Source of the DNA: Candidatus Bathyarchaeota archaeon
Lineage (GTDB): Archaea > Thermoproteota > Bathyarchaeia > Bathyarchaeales > WUQV01
Length of the DNA: 52,100 nt
Assembly: GCA_029934005.1 (NCBI GenBank)
Contig: JAOZNA010000001.1
Coordinates: forward strand, 1-52,100
Direction of reading: 5' to 3'
Below the pieces are notes generated by a model. That model searched no databases and was not told the origin of the DNA. It worked only from the letters and a program-made list of their open reading frames with translations. The position numbers and the translations under genes were made by a program. How positions within the stretch are numbered: position 1 is the stretch's first letter; each line of letters opens with the position of its first letter. Positions 1-9,532 of the stretch are shown piece after piece.

Positions 1-93
1 AGAACGTGTAAGTTCGCTCTTTATGGATGTAAACCAAGCTTCTGAGTACTTGAGAAAACACGAAGAGAAATTCTTAACCCACTAAGCTTTGCT

Positions 94-363
94 ATGGAAA
101 AGGAAAGTGAAATCAGACGGAAAAAACTCGCTCAAATTTTATACACGCAACTTTCAAAGGTTGTTAAACGAGATGAGAAAGTTAGGAGAATGCTTAGTTC
201 ACAAGAAATTGAAAATGGGTTACAAATACTGATTAACAGAATTGTTGATGACGTTTTAGAGAAAGAAGCTAAACTAAAACGTAAACTTACAATTGAAGAG
301 CTGAAAGAATGTATAATGAAGGTTTTAGATGAATTTTCGCCGGAAACTGGCTACATTATATAG
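94..363 (+). CDS. hypothetical small charged helical protein (89 aa)
   Basis: ATG-initiated ORF with no competing frame. K/E/R-rich; no recognisable motif. Confidence 0.4.
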   Translation: MEKESEIRRKKLAQILYTQLSKVVKRDEKVRRMLSSQEIENGLQILINRIVDDVLEKEAKLKRKLTIEELKECIMKVLDEFSPETGYII

Positions 364-428
364 TCAATAATTATTTGGACTTAACAAGTTTTTAATCAGA
401 CTTTTAAAGAATAGGGCTTATCGGTGCC

Positions 429-800
429 TTGAATATGGGAAGCAAGAAAAGGAAACATGCTATTCAATTCGGTGAATTGGGTTTAAACTTTGAAGAACCA
501 GCCGTTCTAATCGAGTCTGGACCGAAACCAATTGAGGTAGAGTCCGCATACTCCGTTTCAATAGACCAAGATGAAGAGGGAACTCCTTTAATTCGAGTTA
601 AAACCTACGGCGACGTGAACATGAACGAACTTAAACAGACCATCAAAGAAAAGTTTCCAAAAGCCAGAATAAGGGAAATGGAAGTCGCACCAGTAGTAGA
701 GATAATAAAAAAGCCTTCAAGGAAGAAAAGGAAGGTTAAAAGACCAGCACAGAAAAAACGGAAAAAGAAAAAATCTTCAAAGAAGACAAAGAAACTCTAA
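429..800 (+). CDS. hypothetical protein with poly-Lys/Arg C-terminal tail
   Basis: TTG at 429 or ATG at 435. About 95 aa of mixed sequence is followed by an almost pure basic tail (KKPSRKKRKVKRPAQKKRKKKKSSKKTKKL). No family recognised. Confidence 0.45.
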   Translation: MNMGSKKRKHAIQFGELGLNFEEPAVLIESGPKPIEVESAYSVSIDQDEEGTPLIRVKTYGDVNMNELKQTIKEKFPKARIREMEVAPVVEIIKKPSRKKRKVKRPAQKKRKKKKSSKKTKKL

Positions 801-871
801 AAGTCTTGACCCAGAATTCAACATCAACATCCGAGATAGACAAAGAAGTAATATTTCTTATAAATAAATTT

Positions 872-1945
872 TTACTTACGTAAAGGTAGCCGCCTTCCAT
901 AAATCCTTCCAGATATAGGAATCACCCATCCGCAGTTTGGACATTTCCCTTCGTTGGTTACTTTACATTCAACTAGATAACTTCCATATCTTTTGATAAC
1001 AGGAATTCCGCAACTTGGGCAGTAAGTATTTTCATACGGGTGACCAGGTACATTCCCGATGTAAGGATACATCACTCCCGCTTTTTTCGCCATTCTGTAA
1101 GCTTTTTCTAATGTTTCAATTCTTGTTGGCGGATTACTGAATTTGTAGGCTGGATAATACCGCGTAAAATGTAATGGTGTTTCTGGTCCTACATGTTTTA
1201 AGTGTTGTTCAATAATCCATCTTAAACACTCCTCATCATCATTAACGCCAGTTACTACAAGATTTACAATTTCAACATGAATGTCCATCTTCTTTGCGTA
1301 TTCAGCATTTCTCCAAACCTTTCCTACATCTGCTCCCCCACAATACTTTTCATAAACTTCTTGATCGCCTTTAACGTCAATTTTTAAGCCGTCCATTCCA
1401 GCTCCTTTAAGAAGTTTTAAGGCTTTTAACGTCATATAACCATTCGAAACGTAACAACAATAAAGACCCATTTTACTACCGAGTTTAAAGACTTCTATGT
1501 TCCATTCCGTTAATAAAGTGGGTTCTTGAAAACTTGCGCATAATCCTTGGTTTCCGTTGCGAATAGCCATATTAACAACTTTTTCTGGAGAAACGAAACG
1601 TGCTTTTTCGGGTTTAGGTTCAACCTTTGAAAGGTGGAAATTTTGGCACCAAATGCAATTGAAATTGCATGACCAAGTTGAAAAGGTCAAGGCGGTTGAA
1701 CCCGGCCAGTAATGGAAGAAAGGTTTAATTTCTATTGGGCGGCTTTCGAGGGCGCTTAAGTCTCCGTAAACAAGCGTGTAAAGTTTTCCGTTAATGTTCA
1801 TCCTTGTCTTACAGTAACCTCTTAAACCGTCCTCTATGGTGCATCTCCTTTCACAAAGCCCGCACCTAACCTTTCCATTAGCCAACTTATCATAAAGAAT
1901 GGCTTCACGAACAACTTCATAATCCAAAATTTTCTCCTTATCCAA
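872..1945 (-). CDS. radical SAM enzyme (AmmeMemoRadiSam-system / PflA-like activase type)
   Basis: CNFNCIWCQN is a CxxxCxxC 4Fe-4S/SAM motif. An N-terminal CGLCERRC...C cluster and a C-terminal CPSC...CPNC pair are present. Overlaps the upstream amidohydrolase gene by 8 nt. Confidence 0.8.
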   Translation of the reverse strand: MDKEKILDYEVVREAILYDKLANGKVRCGLCERRCTIEDGLRGYCKTRMNINGKLYTLVYGDLSALESRPIEIKPFFHYWPGSTALTFSTWSCNFNCIWCQNFHLSKVEPKPEKARFVSPEKVVNMAIRNGNQGLCASFQEPTLLTEWNIEVFKLGSKMGLYCCYVSNGYMTLKALKLLKGAGMDGLKIDVKGDQEVYEKYCGGADVGKVWRNAEYAKKMDIHVEIVNLVVTGVNDDEECLRWIIEQHLKHVGPETPLHFTRYYPAYKFSNPPTRIETLEKAYRMAKKAGVMYPYIGNVPGHPYENTYCPSCGIPVIKRYGSYLVECKVTNEGKCPNCGWVIPISGRIYGRRLPLRK

Positions 1946-3533
1946 TTTCCCTACAATCTAACTTTTCTTTTGAATATACTATTTTTCCTCCAACAATAGT
2001 CATAGCAACTTCAATGTCTTTTATTTTTTCCGGCTCAATTTTAAATGGATCTTCTGATAAAACTGTTAAATCTGCCAATTTTCCTTCTTTTATTGTTCCT
2101 TTTATTTTTTCCTCGTTACTTGCGTAGGCTGCGTTTACTGTGTAGAGTCTTATTGCTTCGTCCACGGTTAGGCGTTGCCTTGGATGCAGAAACTTTGCTG
2201 TGCAAGCCCATATTCCCAGTAAAGGCGAAATTGGTTCGACTGGACAGTCTGAGCCTCCGCAAACAACTGTTCCGGCTTCTAATAAGCTTTTAAGTGGATA
2301 AGTCCATTTTGCTCTTTCCTCACCTAAGCGGTCTTTAATCCAAAAATCCGAAACAATAAAATGTGGTTGCGCCGAAACTATGATATTTAACTTTTTTATT
2401 CGTTCAATAAGCTTCTCATTTAAGACAGAAGCGTGTTCTATACGATGCCTATTTTGAGTATGTGTATCTATTTTTAAGGCATTTTCAAAAGCATCCAATA
2501 CGGAGTTTACTGCACGGTCTCCAATTGCGTGAGCTGCAACTTGTAAACCAGCTTTATGCGCTTTCAAAACAAGCTCATTTAATTCAGTTTGCGAATAAAT
2601 GAGCATTCCATTATTTTCTTGGTTATCTTCATACGGTTTAAACAAGGCTGCGGTTCTTGCACCTAGCGAACCATCAGCAAAAAGCTTTAATCCACCAATT
2701 TTTAGCATGGAATTGCCGAAGCCAGAAGTTAATCCTAAATTTAAGATGTGATCAAGCATTTTTTCTGAGAAAAGAATGTAAACTCTAAGCGGAAGCTTTC
2801 CCTTTCTATACATAAATTGTATAGCTTTCAGTTCTTCACTTGATTCAATAATCCAGTGGACGCTGGTTAAGCCAGCTTCAACAGCTTTTCTGCATGCAAG
2901 AAGACAAGTGTTAACTCTTTCTTCAAAGCTTGGTTTATCCAAGGCTCCCTTTATGATTTTTAAAGCTTTTTCAAATAAGATTCCAGTTGGTTCTCCATTT
3001 TCTGGTTTTCTGTCAATTTGTTTGCCAAAGTTATGGAAAGTCTTGCTTGTTATTCCGCAAATTTCTAAAGCTTTAGAATTAACCACGCATACATGCCCGC
3101 AAACTCTAAAGATTACTACTGGATGTTTGGTTGTAGCCTGATCTAAATCATATCTTGTCGGTAAACGTTTTTCAGCAAATTTTTCATGATCCCATCCGTA
3201 CCCAACTATCCACTCCCCAAGACTTGTTTTTTCAGCTTTCTCCTTTATCTTCTCTTGAATTTCCTCTATAGATGTAGCATTTCTAAAGTCTAATTCCTTC
3301 AATTTTTTGCCAAATGTTGTAAGGTGGATATGACAGTCCGTGAAACCTGGTAAAACTGCTTTTCCATCTAAATCAATGATCTTGGTTTGTGGACCTATGA
3401 AATTTTTCACTTCGCTATTTTTTCCTACATGGATTATTTTTTCTCCAAATATTGCTATTGCTTCTGCTTTTGGTTTTTTAGAACAAAAGGTGTGGATGTT
3501 TCCATTCAGCAAGACAAGTGTGGCGTACAGCAT
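1938..3533 (-). CDS. metal-dependent amidohydrolase (Amidohydro_3 / YtcJ-like)
   Basis: Motifs GFTDCHIHL (HxH metal site), HAIGD, RIEHA and GSDCPVEP, in the order typical of the family. 531 aa. Confidence 0.8.
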   Translation of the reverse strand: MLYATLVLLNGNIHTFCSKKPKAEAIAIFGEKIIHVGKNSEVKNFIGPQTKIIDLDGKAVLPGFTDCHIHLTTFGKKLKELDFRNATSIEEIQEKIKEKAEKTSLGEWIVGYGWDHEKFAEKRLPTRYDLDQATTKHPVVIFRVCGHVCVVNSKALEICGITSKTFHNFGKQIDRKPENGEPTGILFEKALKIIKGALDKPSFEERVNTCLLACRKAVEAGLTSVHWIIESSEELKAIQFMYRKGKLPLRVYILFSEKMLDHILNLGLTSGFGNSMLKIGGLKLFADGSLGARTAALFKPYEDNQENNGMLIYSQTELNELVLKAHKAGLQVAAHAIGDRAVNSVLDAFENALKIDTHTQNRHRIEHASVLNEKLIERIKKLNIIVSAQPHFIVSDFWIKDRLGEERAKWTYPLKSLLEAGTVVCGGSDCPVEPISPLLGIWACTAKFLHPRQRLTVDEAIRLYTVNAAYASNEEKIKGTIKEGKLADLTVLSEDPFKIEPEKIKDIEVAMTIVGGKIVYSKEKLDCREIG

Positions 3534-3572
3534 AGATAGAACATAGCTTGTAGAGCTTAATAAAGATAGATT

Positions 3573-3734
3573 CTAAACCCAGTTTTGTCCGGGTTTTCTT
3601 TGTAGAATTATGCGTTTTTCATAATTTCTTCTAGTTCTTATCCTTGGAATTTTCTTTTTCTTTGGAATAGGCTCTATTTTAGGTGTTTGGGAACGAACTT
3701 TTCCAGCTTTTGCCAACGAACCGTGGGTCGGCAT
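3573..3734 (-). CDS. rps30e: 30S ribosomal protein eS30 (S30e)
   Basis: Hand translation of the minus strand gives 53 aa: [53 protein letters not shown], then TAG. The GSLxKAGKVRxQTPK core is the eS30 signature. Too short for the supplied ORF track. Confidence 0.85.
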   Translation of the reverse strand: MPTHGSLAKAGKVRSQTPKIEPIPKKKKIPRIRTRRNYEKRIILQRKPGQNWV

Positions 3735-3819
3735 ATTTAATCACTCTTCCAAGGTTATACTGATGAAACCACAATTTTAAAGTTTTCTGAAACCTTAATC
3801 AATGAAATAGAATGTGAGG

Positions 3820-4989
3820 TTAGCTTTCTCCTTTAATGAAGATAAGCATGCCTACTACTGCTATTAATGCCGTTACAACGCTATAAAGAAAGGCTATTTC
3901 TCCGAACAAGTCTAATAGAAAGCCTATCAAAGTGTTTGCGACGAAAAAGCATGTTCCAACTGTTATGTAGTAGAGTCCGTAGGCGGTTGCTTTTAGTTCC
4001 GCTGGAACATATCTAGGAATCATTGCCCTCTGCACTACTTCAGCCACACCCATATAGACTCCGTAAATTGCCGCTATTAGAAAAGCGTAGAAAGGGCTTT
4101 CCTGAAGTATTACGCATAAAAATGCGCTGAATGTGAATGTTAAATAGCCGATTATAAGGGTTTTTTCGCCTCCAATCTTATCCGAAAGCATTCCAGCTGG
4201 AATTCCGATAATTGTGTGAGTTACGTTTATTATTGCGTAAACAAGTGGAACAACTGTTTCGGGTACTCCTAACGTTCTTGCTTTGGCGAGGATGAAGGAA
4301 AAGTTGAATGCTCCTATGGAAAAAATCGCCATTAAAGTTAAAAGTAACATGAAGTTTTTGTTGATGACTTTTTTGAGGTTAACCATTATGCTTGGTTTTT
4401 CTGCTTTTTTCTTTACTATTTCTTGTACGAATATTAGGAGTATGAGAACTGCTATTAGGGATGGGAGTAAAGAGAAGAGGAATATTCCTCTTATGCCAAA
4501 TAACGGTATTAATATGGATGCTATGATTGGTCCGATTATTGCTCCGAGCTGGTCGAGGGTTCTGTGCAAACCAAATGCTTTTCCTAAATGTTTCTCAGTA
4601 ACAGACTCGCTTAGCAAAGTATCTCTTGGAGCTTGCCTCACACCTTTTCCTATTCTATCACCAAGTCTCACCGCTAAAACATCAATCCAAGACCTTGCAA
4701 AAGCGAAAAAAGGCTTAATTGCTGTTGAAAGTGAATAACCAATGGAAACAAGAAGTTTTCTCTTTCCAATTTTGTCGGAGATTACGCCTGAAAACATGCG
4801 GAAACTATAGCTAAACCATTCGGCAAATCCCTCAATTAAGCCTAGAATAAACCTTGAAGCTTTAAGTTCGTCTAAAACAAATGTTGGTAGGACTCCAAAA
4901 CACATTTCAGAAGAAACATCCGTGAAAAAACTAACAAAACTTAATGCAAAAATATTTCTTAGCCCACTTTTCTCAACTTGTTTGCCCAT
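3820..4989 (-). CDS. MFS transporter
   Basis: 389 aa and mostly hydrophobic (about 10-12 TM segments). Two MFS motif-A-like loops are present: GVISDKIGKRKLL and GMLSDKIGGEKTL. Confidence 0.75.
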   Translation of the reverse strand: MGKQVEKSGLRNIFALSFVSFFTDVSSEMCFGVLPTFVLDELKASRFILGLIEGFAEWFSYSFRMFSGVISDKIGKRKLLVSIGYSLSTAIKPFFAFARSWIDVLAVRLGDRIGKGVRQAPRDTLLSESVTEKHLGKAFGLHRTLDQLGAIIGPIIASILIPLFGIRGIFLFSLLPSLIAVLILLIFVQEIVKKKAEKPSIMVNLKKVINKNFMLLLTLMAIFSIGAFNFSFILAKARTLGVPETVVPLVYAIINVTHTIIGIPAGMLSDKIGGEKTLIIGYLTFTFSAFLCVILQESPFYAFLIAAIYGVYMGVAEVVQRAMIPRYVPAELKATAYGLYYITVGTCFFVANTLIGFLLDLFGEIAFLYSVVTALIAVVGMLIFIKGES

Positions 4990-5052
4990 GCTCCCTTTTA
5001 ATTACGCTTATAAATATTTTAATCTTAACCAAAAAATGGGGAAGTGAGAATT

Positions 5053-6345
5053 TTAAGCGAATACCGGTCTTAGTGAAATCCTCTTTTGGACGTAGGATTT
5101 TCTGAAAGGTTTTCCAGCACATTTTTTGAGAACAAAATTTGCCAGTTGTTTTGGAGACATTTCCTTGTTGATGTATTCTTTTTCGCCTCGTATGCTGACT
5201 GAAAGCTTGTTGCTTAAAATTTCTCGGTCTCCTATCACAGCATAGATTGGTATCCATTCTCTCCTCGCATGTCTTATTTTTCTCTGCAATGATATTTCCC
5301 TATCATCAATGTCCACTCGAATCCTTGAAGCTTCAAACTGGTCTGCTAGTTCTAAGGCTTTATTAATATGGCGACTAGCAATTGGTAAAAGTCTGATTTG
5401 GATTGGTGAGAGCCAAAGCGGAAGTGAGGGCAGTTTTCCAATTTTCTTCTGTTTTGCAGCGTTTTCCAAAATGTTGTTCAGCCATCTCTCAAGCGAACCC
5501 ATTAAGGCAGCATGAATTATTATTGGATGCTTTTTCTTTCCGTTTTCGTCTATGTATTCTATGCCAAATCGTTTAGCATTTCCCAAATCAATCTGCATTC
5601 CAACAGACTCTACTGGGCGCCCTAAATTATCAATGAAGTCTAAATCAATGTTTATGACCCAATAATACTTCCCTTCTGGAACACCGAGATTTAGCAAGAC
5701 TGGTTTGGCTGAGACCTTCGCCAGTTTAACTATAAAGTCTTTGTTATCTTCATAAAAACTTCTGCATAGGTTAAACATCGCAACGTAGTTCCAGCCGAAT
5801 TCTCCAGCTATTTTGTAAGCTTTTGCATACAACCTTAAAAATTCTTGTTTTGCTGATTCCAAATCTCTGCAGAGTACGTGTAAATCGCCCATGTAGAACC
5901 TTCTTTGTCTAAAAAGTCCGCTGATTTCTCCGCTTTGCTCTAGGCGATAGCTGTCCGCCAATTCAAAAATTTTCAGTGGAAGGCAACGATAACTTATTAT
6001 GGCGTCTTTAAGTATGGAAAACTGTCCGAAACAAGCAGCATACCTCAGAACATACCTCTTTTTATCAACCTTTAATTGGTACATGCGTTCTCCGAAAAGC
6101 TTCGCATGTTCCTTTACTGGTTTGGCTGACAAGGAGTACATAATCGAGCTTTTGACTGGACAAGCTCCTTCCTCCAAGACTTGGTCTAAAAGATAGTCTA
6201 TAAGAAGGTCTAGCATTAACGCTCCTTTTGGATAATACCTCAAATGTCCATGGTCGCTTAAGTCTTCTATGCCTACAAGCTCCAGTTCCCTCATAATCCC
6301 CAGGTGAGGCGGCGCCTCAGCACTCCTCGCTTTCTTCTTAAACAC
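5053..6345 (-). CDS. thrS: threonine--tRNA ligase, catalytic core plus anticodon-binding domain only (no editing/TGS domain)
   Basis: Class II motifs SYRLEQSGEISGLFRQRRFYMGDLHVLC and HPIIIHAALMGSLERW. Putative Zn ligands (AACFG Cys, DLH His, IIH His). C-terminal anticodon-binding domain (LPLWLSPIQIRLLP...). GTG start; the in-frame upstream region is closed by TAG after about 45 codons and contains no ATG. Confidence 0.8.
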   Translation of the reverse strand: MFKKKARSAEAPPHLGIMRELELVGIEDLSDHGHLRYYPKGALMLDLLIDYLLDQVLEEGACPVKSSIMYSLSAKPVKEHAKLFGERMYQLKVDKKRYVLRYAACFGQFSILKDAIISYRCLPLKIFELADSYRLEQSGEISGLFRQRRFYMGDLHVLCRDLESAKQEFLRLYAKAYKIAGEFGWNYVAMFNLCRSFYEDNKDFIVKLAKVSAKPVLLNLGVPEGKYYWVINIDLDFIDNLGRPVESVGMQIDLGNAKRFGIEYIDENGKKKHPIIIHAALMGSLERWLNNILENAAKQKKIGKLPSLPLWLSPIQIRLLPIASRHINKALELADQFEASRIRVDIDDREISLQRKIRHARREWIPIYAVIGDREILSNKLSVSIRGEKEYINKEMSPKQLANFVLKKCAGKPFRKSYVQKRISLRPVFA

Positions 6346-6602
6346 TTCTTTATCTAAAAGACATTTGAAATCGTTGTCATCTCCAAAATATTCCCGCGGG
6401 TTTTTGCAGCTTCCGTTTGGATATAAAATTTTAAAGTCTTTATCAGCGCTGGGTTTCTACATCACCTTTCGGTTTTTGAATTCCTCCGCATCTTTTTCCC
6501 TCAAACAAAAGATTGTTGAAAATCTTTTAAGCCTTATGGTTGCTTAGAAAATATTTTGATAGATTTATTTATTGCCTTGTAAAACCATTCTCTTGAAAAA
6601 CC

Positions 6603-8195
6603 GTGAACCAGAAAATCTCCAGAGAAATAATCGAGGAACTCATGCATATCCCTCAACCAACTAGCCATGACCTTAACCAAATCAAACTAAAAATTGCCAG
6701 AAAATATCAGTCTGCAAAAATCCCTTCCAACACAGAAATAATCCACCATCTTAAACCAGAAGAAAAACCTAAACTTTTACCATTACTCCGCAGAAAAGCT
6801 ACAAGAACCATTTCAGGAGTAACCGTAATAGCCGTTATGACAAAACCTTGGCCCTGCCCCCAAAAAACTCCATGCGCCTACTGTCCAGGCGGCCCTCCCT
6901 ACGGAGTTCCACAAAGCTATACTGGACATGAACCAGCGGCAATGCGTGGTCTACAAAACGAGTTTGACCCATATTTGCAGGTTAGGCATCGAATAAGCCA
7001 GCTTGAGGCTATAGGTCACCAAGTGGATAAGATAGAGCTTATCATTATGGGTGGAACGTTTCCCGCTACGCCCTTGGATTATCAAGAATGGTTTGTTAAG
7101 AAATGTTTGGATGCTATTACGGGTGTTGACTCCAAAAATCTCGATGAAGCTAAAAAGTTTGCTGAGACCAGTGATTTGAGAAATGTCGGTATCACCGTTG
7201 AGACTCGTCCTGACTGGGCTAAGGAAACGCATGTAAACCATATGTTGCAGATGGGTGTTACGAGGGTTGAGCTAGGTGTACAAAACATTTACGACGACAT
7301 TTACAAGCTTGTAAACCGCGGTCACACAGTTCAAGACGTCGTTGAAGCCACGCGCATTTTGAAGGATGCTGGACTAAAAATTGTTTATCACATGATGCCT
7401 GGGCTTCCAGGCTCCAATTTTGAACGTGATGTAGAAGCTTTCAAAACAATTTTTACGGATTCACGGTTCAAACCTGACATGTTAAAGATATATCCATGCC
7501 TAGTTTTGAAAGGAACAAAAGCCTATGAATGGTGGAGAAAAGGCGAATATAAGCCTTATACAACCGAGGAAGCTGCAAATCTGATAGTAGAAGTTAAGAA
7601 AATGGTTCCGCCTTGGATTAGAATAATGCGGGTTCAGCGGGATATTCCAGCTTATTTGATTGAGGCTGGAGTTGACAAGAGTAATCTTCGTCAGCTTGTT
7701 CAGCAAAAACTGCGTGAGCAAGGGATTCGTTGTCGTTGCATTCGTTGCCGTGAAGTTGGACATAGATGGCTTAAGGAAAAAGTTGAACCAGACCCAGATA
7801 AAGTAGAAATCTGTGTATTAAAGGAAAACGCTTCAGAGGGAGAAGAAGTTTTCATTTCAGCCGAAGACCGAGTAAACGATGTTTTAATAGGATACCTACG
7901 ACTAAGGATTCCTTCTGAAAAAGCGCATAGACCAGAAATAAACCGTGAACCTTCAGCCATAATTCGTGAACTCCATGTTTACGGTCCACTTGTCCCAGTT
8001 GGTAAACGTTTTGAGAAGGCTTGGCAACATAAAGGCTATGGCGCTATACTCTTGGCTGAAGCCGAAAGAATAGCCAAAGAAGAATATGATAGACGGAAGA
8101 TTCTTGTCACAAGTGGTTTAGGAACAAAGATGTATTATATGCGGTTCAAATACAAATATGACGGTCCATACATGTCAAAGGAGTTGAAGAATTGA
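6603..8195 (+). CDS. elp3: Elp3-type tRNA modification radical SAM/GNAT enzyme
   Basis: WPCPQKTPCAYCPGGP is the Elp3-type radical SAM cluster motif. C-terminal GNAT motif QHKGYGAILLAEAE. 530 aa; GTG start. Confidence 0.9.
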   Translation: MNQKISREIIEELMHIPQPTSHDLNQIKLKIARKYQSAKIPSNTEIIHHLKPEEKPKLLPLLRRKATRTISGVTVIAVMTKPWPCPQKTPCAYCPGGPPYGVPQSYTGHEPAAMRGLQNEFDPYLQVRHRISQLEAIGHQVDKIELIIMGGTFPATPLDYQEWFVKKCLDAITGVDSKNLDEAKKFAETSDLRNVGITVETRPDWAKETHVNHMLQMGVTRVELGVQNIYDDIYKLVNRGHTVQDVVEATRILKDAGLKIVYHMMPGLPGSNFERDVEAFKTIFTDSRFKPDMLKIYPCLVLKGTKAYEWWRKGEYKPYTTEEAANLIVEVKKMVPPWIRIMRVQRDIPAYLIEAGVDKSNLRQLVQQKLREQGIRCRCIRCREVGHRWLKEKVEPDPDKVEICVLKENASEGEEVFISAEDRVNDVLIGYLRLRIPSEKAHRPEINREPSAIIRELHVYGPLVPVGKRFEKAWQHKGYGAILLAEAERIAKEEYDRRKILVTSGLGTKMYYMRFKYKYDGPYMSKELKN

Positions 8196-9523
8196 GCCAA
8201 GGAGAATTACAAGGGTACAAAGGCTTGGTTCTAAATGCCCTAAAAAAGGCAGGAGTAAAAATTGGTGATTTAATACGCATAACACGAAACGGAGAAACCT
8301 ACGAAGGAATACTTATTCCACGCTCAGAACTCGGAGATGACGAGCATGTTGTTATAAAACTGAAAAGCGGATATAACATAGGTGTACGTGTAACTCCAAA
8401 AACAAAAATAGAACGAATCGGAGCCGGAGTAAAACCATCATTCGCAGCTCCTTCGCCACCATCTGAAAAACCAGGGCTTCCCAAAGTAACCATTGTGAGT
8501 ACTGGCGGAACCATTGCCAGCAGAGTGGACTATCGGACTGGAGCTGTTCGTCCAGCCTTAACCGCAAGCGACCTTTACAGCGTCGTTCCAGAACTTTCCG
8601 AAGTAGCTGTAGTTGAAGCGGACATACTTTTCAGCGTTTTCAGCGAGAACATAACTCCTCAACATTGGAGCGAAATGGCTAAACATGTGGCAAGCTATAT
8701 AAAGAAGGGAGTTGACGGCGTTGTTATTGCTCACGGAACCGACACTATGGGGTATTCAGCCGCAGCCCTAAGCTTCGCCCTACAAAACCTTCCAGCACCA
8801 GTAATTTTCGTTGGTTCCCAACGTTCAGCAGACCGACCAAGTTCTGATGCAGCCACAAATCTTATTGGAGCCGTCAGAGCTGCTGCTTATGCCCCATTTG
8901 CCGAAGTAGCCCTAGCTATGCATGAAACAATCTCCGACACAACAATTCTTTTGCATAGAGGAACAAAAGTGCGAAAATGCCACACAAGCCGAAGGGACAC
9001 CTTCAAATCCATCAACGCCTCTCCATTAGCAAGAGTAGAAGGCGAAAAAATCACCATGCTAACCGAAAATTACATAAAAAGGGATAAAAACAGAAAACTC
9101 ATTTTAAAACCAGAATTCGAAGAAAAAGTTGCTTTAATAAAATTTCATCCAGGCTTAAACCCAGCCATCATAGACTGGTATGTTGATAATGGTTATTACG
9201 GAATTGTTCTCGAAGGAACTGGATTAGGCCATGTGGGAAGATACTGCTTCAAATCTTTAGAACGAGCCATTAAAAAAGATGTTTTAGTTGCCATGACCTC
9301 CCAATGTATTTGGGGACGTATAAACATGAACGTTTACGACCAAGGCAGAGACCTTCTAGCGTTAGGCGTTATTCCACTCGAAGATATGCTTCCAGAAACG
9401 GCGTTGGTCAAAATGATGTGGGTCTTCGGTCAAACAAAGGATTTTCAAGAAGCTAAAAGACTGCTTAAAACAAACATTGCTCACGAGTTTTCAGACAGAA
9501 CTCTATACGAAGAATTGCCTTAG
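8192..9523 (+). CDS. gatD: Glu-tRNA(Gln) amidotransferase subunit D
   Basis: Asparaginase-type motifs VSTGGTIAS and AHGTDTM, with the archaeal GatD N-terminal domain. The TTG start overlaps the elp3 stop codon. Confidence 0.92.
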   Translation: MSQGELQGYKGLVLNALKKAGVKIGDLIRITRNGETYEGILIPRSELGDDEHVVIKLKSGYNIGVRVTPKTKIERIGAGVKPSFAAPSPPSEKPGLPKVTIVSTGGTIASRVDYRTGAVRPALTASDLYSVVPELSEVAVVEADILFSVFSENITPQHWSEMAKHVASYIKKGVDGVVIAHGTDTMGYSAAALSFALQNLPAPVIFVGSQRSADRPSSDAATNLIGAVRAAAYAPFAEVALAMHETISDTTILLHRGTKVRKCHTSRRDTFKSINASPLARVEGEKITMLTENYIKRDKNRKLILKPEFEEKVALIKFHPGLNPAIIDWYVDNGYYGIVLEGTGLGHVGRYCFKSLERAIKKDVLVAMTSQCIWGRINMNVYDQGRDLLALGVIPLEDMLPETALVKMMWVFGQTKDFQEAKRLLKTNIAHEFSDRTLYEELP

Positions 9524-9532
9524 CAAAGGAGG

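Noticed and set aside
3750-3800. TGATGA ... CTGA spacing reminiscent of a C/D box sRNA between rps30e and the MFS gene.
   Set aside because: Only one C-like and one D-like box are present, with no convincing C'/D' pair or terminal stem on either strand. The region is better explained as the rps30e promoter (A/T box about 35 nt upstream of the ATG).
4973-5257. 94-aa minus-strand ORF bridging the end of thrS and the start of the MFS gene.
   Set aside because: It overlaps the well-supported ThrRS anticodon-binding domain in another frame and has a basic low-complexity composition. It is a shadow ORF.
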